Shown here: positions 1 through 9,198 of the stretch, piece after piece
Position numbering within the stretch: position 1 is the stretch's first letter
Layout: every line of letters starts with the position of its first letter
Assembly: GCA_037305845.1 (NCBI GenBank)
Contig: CP147778.1
Span: 2,592,001 to 2,656,000 of the forward strand
Reading direction: 5' to 3'
DNA from: Candidatus Freyarchaeum deiterrae
GTDB lineage: Archaea; Asgardarchaeota; Jordiarchaeia; Jordiarchaeales; Jordiarchaeaceae
Length of the DNA: 64,000 nt
Notes under the pieces: model-generated
What the model was told of the DNA's origin: nothing
The model's database searches: none
What the model saw: the letters and a program-made list of their open reading frames with translations, nothing else
Made by a program: the position numbers and the translations under genes

Positions 1-1807
1 GATAGTCGAGTTTAGATTTTTTTATAGAAGTATCCTTCGAAAGAGAGTTTATAGAATTCAATGTGATGACTTCATTTTTATCATGAAATACCAAAGTTTC
101 TTCGATAAATGGAAGTTTTTTCAATTCGAGTCTAGCGTTGGTTAATAATCTGGGTTTCTGGTGGAATAGACAGACCTTTTTCGGTTTCAAAGCTCTTAAC
201 ATCTTTTCTATTTGTAGAAAATCAGCATGTAGATTTATTATCTCTGAGGGATTTTCAAAGTTAAAAATCTCTGCATTAATTTTGTAATTACACCCTTCAA
301 CTATAATATTTTTGTTGCCTGAAGCCAATTCTATTGCATTCCTTGTTCGTAAAGCACCTGAAAGATAAATCAAATTGTATTTTTCTATCCCGAGTTCAAG
401 TAGTATCGTTTGGATCGCTTTTCCAGTTAAATCTGGTGGATCAAAAATTATTATACTTCTCTTGGTTTGAATTGCCTTTTCAATATCTGACCATCCTAAC
501 ACCCACCTGATTAATGCACTAGAAAAAGGATTAAGTCCTTTATTTATATCCTCTTTTATCACAGGATGAAGATCCTCCTTTCTCGTTTGTATAATTTTGA
601 TGAATTCCAAAATCTTACGGTTTAAAAAGATCGTCGGTCGTTTTTGAAAATCTTTCTTTGTTTGCAAAGATCTGAAATAGTGGAAAATTTTCAAATAAAG
701 AACTATTGCAACACTAGCAGGATCAGCCACAATTAAAACTTGATTATTGTAGATAGCTTTCTTTTTAAGAACAACTTTCAGTTTATTGATAATATATTGT
801 GGAGCTAAATATTTTAGGTGTGCGGAAGATCCATCTAAAAGAATGAAATCTGTATGCCTAGGCAAATCACGAATAATTTGCTTAACTCCTGTAATTGGAA
901 AATAAGTATAATAAGAAAAATCTCCAGTATATAAGAATCTAAAATTATTAAACTCCACAAAAAACATTAAAGAACCAGGCATATGACCAGCATGAAAGAA
1001 TTGGATGAAACCATTTTTGAAAGAAATTTTCTCTTTATTTTCTACGGTAATAACATTTTTAACGACACGAATAATATTCTGGGGTAACTGAATTTTGTCA
1101 TTATTAAAAAAACCAGAAACTGTAGAATTAAAGACAAAAATATCTGAAGTAGTTTTAGAACAAATTACAGGCGTATCTGGATATTTCTCTATAAGAGATA
1201 CTAAACCGCAGCAATGATCATAATGAGCATGGCTTAAGAAAATTAGATCAAGCGATGGGAGTTTATTCTTTAAATTCTCAATATCTTTATGAGATAAACC
1301 GGCGTCGAGAAGAATAGCCTTTTCACCTATCTTCAGGAGAAAACAATTCATGCCTGGTTTCAAACAAATACTTTCTAATTTTAATTCAGCCTTATCCTTA
1401 AAATCCCACTTAGTAAAATCGAAATTAAGTCTTGGAATCCGATCTACATAATCTGAAATAATACTTCTGGGTAAAACAATCCCAGTTAAATAAAAATACC
1501 ATCCAGTATTTTGTGTTAGATAATTTAATTTTTTAAAAGTACTTTTTGAATCTTCCATTCGTAAAACGATAATATCTATTTCGTCGCAACGGATAATTTC
1601 ATCTATTCCCTCTTTATCCCATGACGGTATTTCCTGATCCTCGTAAAAAAACCAATTTATTGCTTCTTCAAAAGATTTCTTCTTTATCTGATTCTTTTCC
1701 AACGCTTTCATCGTCTTAAAATATAGACGCGTTTTATATTGTTGGGGTGAATCTGTAGTAGAAATTGGAATTCTTTTACCCTTAAAGATAAATTCGTTTT
1801 CTTTCAT
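1..1807 (-). CDS. MBL-fold beta-CASP family nuclease with ~140-aa N-terminal extension (3' end runs off the window)
   Basis: Absent from the ORF track. Manual translation from ATG at 1807 stays open to position 2 (MKENEFIFKG...). Motifs LLDAG, SHAHYDH, HAGHMPGS, YTGDFS, LHAD and LFHQ match MBL/beta-CASP motifs. Confidence 0.85.
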   Translation of the reverse strand, partial: MKENEFIFKGKRIPISTTDSPQQYKTRLYFKTMKALEKNQIKKKSFEEAINWFFYEDQEIPSWDKEGIDEIIRCDEIDIIVLRMEDSKSTFKKLNYLTQNTGWYFYLTGIVLPRSIISDYVDRIPRLNFDFTKWDFKDKAELKLESICLKPGMNCFLLKIGEKAILLDAGLSHKDIENLKNKLPSLDLIFLSHAHYDHCCGLVSLIEKYPDTPVICSKTTSDIFVFNSTVSGFFNNDKIQLPQNIIRVVKNVITVENKEKISFKNGFIQFFHAGHMPGSLMFFVEFNNFRFLYTGDFSYYTYFPITGVKQIIRDLPRHTDFILLDGSSAHLKYLAPQYIINKLKVVLKKKAIYNNQVLIVADPASVAIVLYLKIFHYFRSLQTKKDFQKRPTIFLNRKILEFIKIIQTRKEDLHPVIKEDINKGLNPFSSALIRWVLGWSDIEKAIQTKRSIIIFDPPDLTGKAIQTILLELGIEKYNLIYLSGALRTRNAIELASGNKNIIVEGCNYKINAEIFNFENPSEIINLHADFLQIEKMLRALKPKKVCLFHQKPRLLTNARLELKKLPFIEETLVFHDKNEVITLNSINSLSKDTSIKKSKLDY

Positions 1808-2187
1808 GTGGCAAATCCCCACTCTTAGAACCTTAGAATTTTAGATAAGGTACAAAATCGCTTTCTTAAGTGAATAAAATATTAACCAACATTTATTTTT
1901 TTTCATTAAACTTTATTAGTGAATAACGGTTCCTCAGATAAGTAGATTCAGTTCTAACTACAGCCTCTTCATTTTTTTGGATTCTCTTTATCGCAATACC
2001 AAACAAGATATGTTTTCAAGCTCACACGCTATCTTCCTATATCTTATCCAAGAATTATGAGCAAACTTGTCATCATCAATGCTCAGAAACATTTTTCAAG
2101 GTACAAGTTTTCTGCTAAAATCCTCGACTCTTTCTGGTTTCTAATACTCTACAAGGTAACAAATCTTCAGTATCAAGCTAAAAAATG

Positions 2188-2898
2188 TTAGAAATCCTGA
2201 TTTTGCTTAAATTTCATGAAGTTGCATTCATCTAGCATTTTGAGGGGACTTTCTCTGAATGAGAACGCTTCAACAAAGCTTTTATCAATAAAGTTTGAGT
2301 GTTGTTTCCAGAGCTTTTCCGCGGTAGTTTTGCTAAGGACTTCTTTTAGTATTCCTTGTGACTGTTGTAAAAAGTGGATATAACATTCTTCTTTAGGATG
2401 AGTCTTATCAGAGTGGAATTTATGGTAGGCGTCTCTTATGCTTGCATCCCACATCATGAAAATATCAGGTTTAATTATATGTAACGCTTTCGATCCCCCT
2501 GTATACTCAATCGATTGCTTTGATGAGAATATTGAAAATATTTGCTTAATAATCTTAAAGTCTGCGTAATTCAATTCCAACAGATTTTTTCCTTCCAACT
2601 TATTCAAATCTGAGTAACATACATCAAGTGAGGATGTTATATCATTTTCCAAATTATTTCTTTTGGATGTAGGAATCCATCGTAATCGAATTGCATTCCA
2701 TGATGCAATAATCGTTTTGATACCTGCAAACATATGATTTTTATCATTTGGCTTTAAAGCAACAATATCTCTAGAAATCACATACTCCATATCTCGCTCA
2801 TTCATCTCATGATATTTTTTACATCCATTAATGACAGTTAAAGGCTCTTTTAATCTGTTAAGAAAATTTGCCACATCTATCTTCTTCATGAAAACCAA
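2188..2898 (-). CDS. hypothetical protein, DUF6308-like / possible HhH-glycosylase-like fold
   Basis: 236-aa ORF with GGAGG RBS upstream and motif TGGSKALHxxKPxxFxMWDxxIR. Confidence 0.5.
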   Translation of the reverse strand: MVFMKKIDVANFLNRLKEPLTVINGCKKYHEMNERDMEYVISRDIVALKPNDKNHMFAGIKTIIASWNAIRLRWIPTSKRNNLENDITSSLDVCYSDLNKLEGKNLLELNYADFKIIKQIFSIFSSKQSIEYTGGSKALHIIKPDIFMMWDASIRDAYHKFHSDKTHPKEECYIHFLQQSQGILKEVLSKTTAEKLWKQHSNFIDKSFVEAFSFRESPLKMLDECNFMKFKQNQDF

Positions 2899-3096
2899 CC
2901 TCCATAAATTTGATATATGGTAGAGCGTAGAAAATTACTTAGAATTGCAATAGACAAATATACTATCCGTCTTTTTCCCACCTCACGGAATCAAACGGTT
3001 ATATTAAATTTACAATGTATAAATTTATATACTTTTTTAAAATAAAGATATATATTGCGTGATAATTTTTAACCTATAATAGCGAGGTGGAGTAAA

Positions 3097-4203
3097 TTGT
3101 GTGACCTTTTAGCAATGAATTTCAACAAGTCTGTCACTGCAACTTTCTCTCTTAAGGGATTCAAATCTCGAGGAACATTAAATCCAGATGGTTGGGGAAT
3201 TGCTTGGTACCCTGACAAGTCTGTTCAAGTAATTAAAGAGCCGGTGAAGGCGACACAGAGTAATTTGTTCTCTGATGTGCTTAAAGACATGAAGATGGAA
3301 TCTGAAATTTTTATTGGGCATGTACGGCGTGGTTCTGTGGGTGAACCCGCCTATAGGAACACTCATCCTTTCTGGCGTGAACTAAACGGTAAAGCGTACG
3401 TCTTCGCGCATAATGGAAGCCGTAAAAATGATTGGGAGAATAGTTCCCAGCTTGGAAAATTTAAACCCCCTAGAGATACCGACTCCAAGCGTATATTTAA
3501 AGCCCTTGGTGATACTGACTCCGAGAGTATATTCTGCTATATACTCAATTGCATCGAGGAGCAACGTATAGGCAACTGGACCGAAGACTCTTTTAGTTGG
3601 CTTTTAGAAAAATTCACGGAGGTAAATAAATACTGTACTTCCAATTTTGCTATGAGTGATGGCGAACACCTCTTTGTGTATCACGATTCAGGAGGCCACA
3701 ATGGTATGGCATTGGTTTTCAGACATCCTCCTTATGCAGATGTGAAACTGAAAGATGATGAGGAAGAAGTATTGTTCGGTGCCACAAAGGATCCAGAGTT
3801 AAGAGGCTTTATTGTGACTACACTCTCAAAAACTAAGTCCCCTAACCCAAAATACCTAACAAATGAAAATTGGGAGCCAATAGAGCCGGGAGAACTAATG
3901 GTGTTCAAAAAGGGTCGCATGGTATATTCGAGTAAAAGACAAACTATACGCGAGTTAAGTAGACTCACCGAACAAGAGCTTAAAGTGTTAAGCGTAATAA
4001 GACACAATCAACACAAAATAAGCATAAATGAAATAACAAACAAGTCAGGTTACTCAGTGAGAGAAGTGGTTGAAGCTTTAAGATCGCTTAGAGAAAAGGA
4101 ATTAATAAAGCATGATACTACAGATACAGTTCAATGGAATCATAGTAATGCAAACTATTTCACCCAACCATCAAAAAGAAATGAAATATACTGGTTTCTA
4201 TGA
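3097..4203 (+). CDS. class II glutamine amidotransferase (YafJ/EgtC-like) fused to a C-terminal winged HTH
   Basis: N-terminal M-C nucleophile; NPDGWG, HVR, NTHPF, AHNG and GDTDSE motifs; last ~80 aa (LTEQELKVL...SINEI...LREKELI) look like a wHTH. Confidence 0.85.
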   Translation: MCDLLAMNFNKSVTATFSLKGFKSRGTLNPDGWGIAWYPDKSVQVIKEPVKATQSNLFSDVLKDMKMESEIFIGHVRRGSVGEPAYRNTHPFWRELNGKAYVFAHNGSRKNDWENSSQLGKFKPPRDTDSKRIFKALGDTDSESIFCYILNCIEEQRIGNWTEDSFSWLLEKFTEVNKYCTSNFAMSDGEHLFVYHDSGGHNGMALVFRHPPYADVKLKDDEEEVLFGATKDPELRGFIVTTLSKTKSPNPKYLTNENWEPIEPGELMVFKKGRMVYSSKRQTIRELSRLTEQELKVLSVIRHNQHKISINEITNKSGYSVREVVEALRSLREKELIKHDTTDTVQWNHSNANYFTQPSKRNEIYWFL

Positions 4204-4216
4204 TTACCGATTTGCC

Positions 4217-4513
4217 CTACCGGTGTCTTTCTACCTGCGTGATTGAAGGATTGATGCAGATATTCAAAACTCTTCCCTTACGTTGTTTAGAATAAATTAG
4301 TGCTTTATCCTCAAAGATTAGGGAATCAACTTCTTCGGATTTCAGTGGTTTTATTTTAAATATTGCCCCCTGTTTTTCTTCTTTAACAAGCTCGTATCCT
4401 TCTTCTTTTAGTTCATCAATTGTATCTTTAAAAATAAATCTAAGGAGGTTAGTGTTCACTCTTTCATGAAGAAATCCTTCGTATAGTTCACAAATAATTT
4501 TATTATTTTTCAC
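4217..4513 (-). CDS. hypothetical protein
   Basis: 98-aa ORF, no recognised motif. Confidence 0.4.
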   Translation of the reverse strand: MKNNKIICELYEGFLHERVNTNLLRFIFKDTIDELKEEGYELVKEEKQGAIFKIKPLKSEEVDSLIFEDKALIYSKQRKGRVLNICINPSITQVERHR

Positions 4514-4692
4514 AAAGCAAAAAAAGTGTTAAGCTAGGAATCAGCTCTCCCTAGCCGTAACATTTTAAACAACTTCTTCCAAACCCTTGGCTAAACACTT
4601 TACTTCTTACTCTTTCTTCACGAATGTTTAACCGTCTCTACGAAGATTCTTCTCGTATTTGAGAACTTAACCTCAATTCAACCTCTCAACTA

Positions 4693-5040
4693 TTAGCGCT
4701 CACGTACCATTCTATCGATAACCTCAATAAAATCATACGCTTTCTCATAGTCAAAGTCATTGGGAAGACCAAGCTCTCTCCTCAAGAATCCAGTTCTCCT
4801 AGCAATCGACTTAACTTCATATCCCAAGGGTCTATCGAATGAAACTTTAAAATAATCCCAAGTTGTACCACTTTGGTATGAACCATCCTCAGCCACACAA
4901 AGGGTGACGATGGCCTTAAGGCGCTTCGGCTTACTGAGGTTTCTGCTCAACCAATCGTAAAACTCTCGGAAACTCTCAAAGTTATACTCGCCTTTAACTC
5001 TTTTAGGCCAAAACACTTCCAGATTAATTATGGACATCAC
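4693..5040 (-). CDS. hypothetical protein
   Basis: 115-aa ORF with AGGTAG RBS-like sequence upstream. Confidence 0.55.
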   Translation of the reverse strand: MMSIINLEVFWPKRVKGEYNFESFREFYDWLSRNLSKPKRLKAIVTLCVAEDGSYQSGTTWDYFKVSFDRPLGYEVKSIARRTGFLRRELGLPNDFDYEKAYDFIEVIDRMVRER

Positions 5041-5430
5041 CTACCTGAATTTTATGAGTCAAAAAATAACTCAGTTAACTCAAAATTATTCAAGCATTAA
5101 ACATATTTCAAAGCATTATCTATTTAACAAACCATATAAATAAAATATAAAAATAATAGTCATCCGAAAATCGCAGCGTACCAAAAATAAAAAATTATAA
5201 TAGATAAATACCATGTACTCTTGTGAACATAGTATATCACTATAAATCATAATGAAGATTGTATATGTAACAATTACCGATGCTTATTGTTCTTGACTCG
5301 TTTATAATTATCTAACACTATGCTAATAAAGTTATTCAAGTGGCACTTAGCTTGTTTGAAGAAGCTTTTACCTCCCTGCCAGTATAAATTAAACATCAAG
5401 ATAAAAGTTAAATATGTAATGAACTAATAG

Positions 5431-6372
5431 ATGCGAGAAGGATATTATAAACGTGTAGTGGAGTTGGGAGAGTTGAAGGGTATACTCATCAATATTCTGA
5501 GTTTTAATCATCCTCATGCTGCTTCTTTGTTCTCTGAGGGACTCTGGGGTTTTCCAGATAGAAGCGTTAATAGGTCTAGGTGGGCTCACATTGAAATTGA
5601 TGACCCTGTTTTAATTTTTGGCGAACTTGAAGGTAAGCGTGGAGTTTGGTTTTCGGGAGAGATAATTGAAAAGTTTGAAGACCATAAACCAGTTAAGTAT
5701 TGGATTCAGAACCCAACCGGCTACCCCTTACAGATCAGAATTAGATTCAAGTTTCCATCAGAGAAATTGTCATCAGATACTTTGAGTAAGGTTAGAACAA
5801 TTGGTAGGGAGGAGTTATCCTCAGTCTTTGACATTAACATCTTCAAGTCTAAGACTGACCGTTGGTCACTACTCGTCTTTGGGGAGGTTAAGGAGAGAGG
5901 AATCACCTACGAATACGAACCATTTAAAGCGCTCCTAGACGAGTTTCGCACGAGGAATAAAGTCATGACTGTCGAGGAAAAGCCGGAACACGACAAGGTC
6001 AAGGAGCTAATCTACCAGATTGGAGTAATCCAGAAAAGAAATCCTGTTATGGAGTATCAAATAGACGGAAGGAGGCTCGATGTTGTTTGGAAGAGAACAT
6101 CCAAGAGTGTCCCATCGGTGGCCTTCGAAGTTCAGTTTGGGGGAAACCTCTTTGAGGTGTTGACAAAATTGAAACACGCATATGACCTCTGGAACACAAT
6201 ACCAGTCCTAATAACAACGGAGCCACAGATAGACGGAGCAAAACAATGGTTAGAAGGATCATTCCACGAATTAAAAGACGTATTCAGAATAATAGAATGG
6301 AATGAGATTAACAAATATTACAAACTTAAACAGGAGACAAAAAACTTGGAGATAAACCTAGGAATACCATAA
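5431..6372 (+). CDS. EVE (PUA-like) domain fused to a PD-(D/E)xK-type nuclease; putative modification-dependent restriction endonuclease
   Basis: N-terminal GLWGF...W..IEIDDPVLIF...YW...GYPLQIRIRF (EVE pattern); C-terminal RLDVVW...AFEVQ (PD-(D/E)xK with ExQ). Confidence 0.7.
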   Translation: MREGYYKRVVELGELKGILINILSFNHPHAASLFSEGLWGFPDRSVNRSRWAHIEIDDPVLIFGELEGKRGVWFSGEIIEKFEDHKPVKYWIQNPTGYPLQIRIRFKFPSEKLSSDTLSKVRTIGREELSSVFDINIFKSKTDRWSLLVFGEVKERGITYEYEPFKALLDEFRTRNKVMTVEEKPEHDKVKELIYQIGVIQKRNPVMEYQIDGRRLDVVWKRTSKSVPSVAFEVQFGGNLFEVLTKLKHAYDLWNTIPVLITTEPQIDGAKQWLEGSFHELKDVFRIIEWNEINKYYKLKQETKNLEINLGIP

Positions 6373-6603
6373 AAACGCAAGTTACTGAGCGAAGGGCCAG
6401 GTATCGCTCTGAATTAATCTTACTAATAATATGTCAAACTTTTCTTTTATTACTCATAGATTGCGAACACTTCCAAAAACGAGAATTTTTATATATTTCT
6501 ATAAGAAACTGATATTACACCAACAAAAATAGAGTGGAAAAAGAGGATTAATTAATATATGTAAATTTTAAATAGGATTATATAAGTCTCAAGAGGCGAG
6601 AAT

Positions 6604-7929
6604 ATGGTTACGGAGACAGTGACTTATCCCAAAATATTTTCCGGGAAAATGGCACTTGCAACAAGTATCTATGTGTTCGTAATGCTGGCCGGATTCAATA
6701 TACTGGTTTGCTATAGTTTAAGCTTGCAAATCTTCCCCAGCCAATTTAATCCCTCAATAATCACATTTTCTCTGCTGCTTACATCAGCCTGTGTATCTGC
6801 GGTCTGCATAGGGATTATACCGACGAATTCTAGAGTATATAGATCACTGGGTCTTCCAAAGGATGTAAAAAATGATGCTATGAAAATCAGTATAGGTTGG
6901 GCTCTGGCGATACCATCTGCGTTGCTTGCCGTAATCCCTACTCTAGCAGCGGTAACACTCTTGTACTTGATGCAGTATATAGGCATCTTTCCCGCCGTTT
7001 ACCTCACCGTTCTCACAGCCCCTGCTGCCTTATTTGTAATGTGGGTATTCATAAACAGCCTTCAGATAAGACCCGGGGCAATGATATACCTGTCACCAAA
7101 AATTATGGGGGTCTTGCCAGTAGCACTCGCAGCTTGTGTCGCTATATTACTATACGCAGTGTATATCATAATCGCCGGATGGCAGAACTCATTATCCTTT
7201 CTAAAATTTTACTTTCCGTTCACATGGCTCACGTTCGTAGAAATCGTACCAGTAATAAATGTACCAGACGCATGGCCGCTAGTATTATATTCTGGCATTA
7301 TAATACTTATATACGGCGTTGCAGGAGTGGTAGCTTACCTAGCACTCGCAAGGGAAATGATTAACCCACCATCATTAACAAGCGGGCAAATAATTGTAAT
7401 GGAAGCCGGAAAGCCTTTAGAATGGAAATGGAACGAGATTAAAGACACTTTTTCAGAACTAAAGGGAGACATATGGGCCAGCTTTCCCTACCTCAACGAA
7501 GAATCCGTAGAGATGTTCAGAAGACTTCCAACGGAAGGAAAAATAAGGGTTATCACAGGAGTAATAAGAAATAGAGAAGAATTTCTAGAAGGAATCGATA
7601 ATTTAAACAAAGAAGGATGGAAAATAGGCATACGCAAAATCTACATAACAAACGATAGAAACGAAGAAAGCCCAGTATTCCATGACCGCTTCGTCATAGC
7701 GGAAAATATGCTACTTTTCCTAGGAACAGACATTATGAAAGGGTCCATGGTCAGAGAATTCTTCACAACAAAAATACCATCAACACTCATCGAGGAGAGC
7801 AACAAAATCAGAGGACTACTGCGCCACTACTGGGAAATAAAAGAAAATGATCTTAAAAAAATATACGGAGAAACAGCAAAAAAAGTAATCATAACCAAAT
7901 TTAAGGAAGCAGACCAAAAAGAAAAATAA
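6604..7929 (+). CDS. multi-pass membrane protein fused to a C-terminal PLD-like (HDRF) domain
   Basis: About 7 hydrophobic segments in residues 15-250; soluble C-terminal domain with SFPYL and FHDRFVI. Confidence 0.6.
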   Translation: MVTETVTYPKIFSGKMALATSIYVFVMLAGFNILVCYSLSLQIFPSQFNPSIITFSLLLTSACVSAVCIGIIPTNSRVYRSLGLPKDVKNDAMKISIGWALAIPSALLAVIPTLAAVTLLYLMQYIGIFPAVYLTVLTAPAALFVMWVFINSLQIRPGAMIYLSPKIMGVLPVALAACVAILLYAVYIIIAGWQNSLSFLKFYFPFTWLTFVEIVPVINVPDAWPLVLYSGIIILIYGVAGVVAYLALAREMINPPSLTSGQIIVMEAGKPLEWKWNEIKDTFSELKGDIWASFPYLNEESVEMFRRLPTEGKIRVITGVIRNREEFLEGIDNLNKEGWKIGIRKIYITNDRNEESPVFHDRFVIAENMLLFLGTDIMKGSMVREFFTTKIPSTLIEESNKIRGLLRHYWEIKENDLKKIYGETAKKVIITKFKEADQKEK

Positions 7930-8013
7930 ATCTACGTTTGCTAATTTGTGTTTACAAGTATCTAATTAATATTATTTTTTGAGTTTAGCAAAATTTTTCA
8001 TGTACTGATTAAT

Positions 8014-8685
8014 TTAGATATTATTGAGATATTCTGAATATTCTGTGGGATCAGGTATTCTTGCTTCCTTGAATGCTTTTCTTCGGTTTACACATGATTC
8101 ACATTTTCCGCAATGTTTTGGTCCATTAAAATAGCATGACCATGTTAATTGGAAGGGGACACCGAGTTTTGCTCCTAATTTTAGGACTTCCGACTTTGGA
8201 ATATTACTGAAGGGGGCATCTATGTTTATCGCGGTTTCCGTTCCTAATTGTGCCGTTTTTTCAAAGGATTTGTAGAACTCTTTTCTACAGTCTGGATAAA
8301 AAGGAGCATCTGAGCCTTGTGCTCCATAGAAAACTTTTGTTGCGCCAATTGAAACTGCATAAGCAACAGCAACTGAAAGAAAAATAGCGTTTCTAAATGG
8401 AACTATGATAGGTTCGCTGAAAGATGAAGTCATGTCAATACTTTCATCACAAAGAGAGGTTACTCCAACAAATATTTCGTTAAGTGAACTTAGGTCTATC
8501 TCTTTGATTGGAATTCCAAGTTTGTCTGCTATCATTATTGCGTGCTTAGTTTCTTTCGTTGCGATTTGACCATATTTAACAGTTAATGCATATTCATTAT
8601 ATCCTTCTTTTTTTGCCCAATAGGCTAGAGTAGATGAGTCAGGTCCTCCGCTTAGCACTACAACGCATTTGTTGGCATCGCTCAT
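8014..8685 (-). CDS. queC: 7-cyano-7-deazaguanine synthase QueC
   Basis: LSGGPDS PP-loop, VPFRN, YPDC, TWSCY and CGKCESC Zn motif. Confidence 0.95.
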   Translation of the reverse strand: MSDANKCVVVLSGGPDSSTLAYWAKKEGYNEYALTVKYGQIATKETKHAIMIADKLGIPIKEIDLSSLNEIFVGVTSLCDESIDMTSSFSEPIIVPFRNAIFLSVAVAYAVSIGATKVFYGAQGSDAPFYPDCRKEFYKSFEKTAQLGTETAINIDAPFSNIPKSEVLKLGAKLGVPFQLTWSCYFNGPKHCGKCESCVNRRKAFKEARIPDPTEYSEYLNNI

Positions 8686-8700
8686 TTTTATGACCTCTTG

Positions 8701-9123
8701 TTATATCGACCCTAGAACCTCAATCACTTCCTCTACTGATTTGTAGATGCCCCTCATCGGGACTTCTATAATTAAATTTATATCTTCTATCTTTGAAAAG
8801 GTTCGGTAGTCGGTCTTCAGTCCAATAATGGGTTTACCCAGAGCCGCTGCGTATCCGATTTCAAAGGCAACACCAGACTCGACATCTATTCCATCCAGCA
8901 CTGCAACTACTACATCACTCTTCTTAAGTGCTGTGGTGTCTGTTTTATAAATGGTGGTTTTCTCCTCCTTTGTTCCCTCGTTTATGAATAATGTCTCCTG
9001 AGCCATCCAGACCTTAAAGCCGGCGTCTCGGAGCCTTTTGACGATTTTCTCATTGAATGCTCGTTCGCTTTCACTGAACAAAGGTGAAGCTAAGAAAATC
9101 TGCATCCAAAATTCTCCTTTCAT
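8701..9123 (-). CDS. nucleoside 2-deoxyribosyltransferase / nucleotide N-glycosidase family protein
   Basis: IFLASPLF, D..ALKKSD, LDGxDVESG, and FEIGYAAALGKP carrying the catalytic Glu. Real start may be the second Met (MQIFLAS). Confidence 0.88.
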   Translation of the reverse strand: MKGEFWMQIFLASPLFSESERAFNEKIVKRLRDAGFKVWMAQETLFINEGTKEEKTTIYKTDTTALKKSDVVVAVLDGIDVESGVAFEIGYAAALGKPIIGLKTDYRTFSKIEDINLIIEVPMRGIYKSVEEVIEVLGSI

Positions 9124-9198
9124 TTATTTAGTGAAAGAGGCAAATAGGCGAGCTAGTTGTTTTTGTATTTTCTTAACAGTCTATGCTGAAATTGAATG

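Noticed and set aside
3460-3535. Second intron candidate in the GATase gene
   Set aside because: It is a direct 36-bp tandem duplication with no stop and no BHB pairing that I could find.
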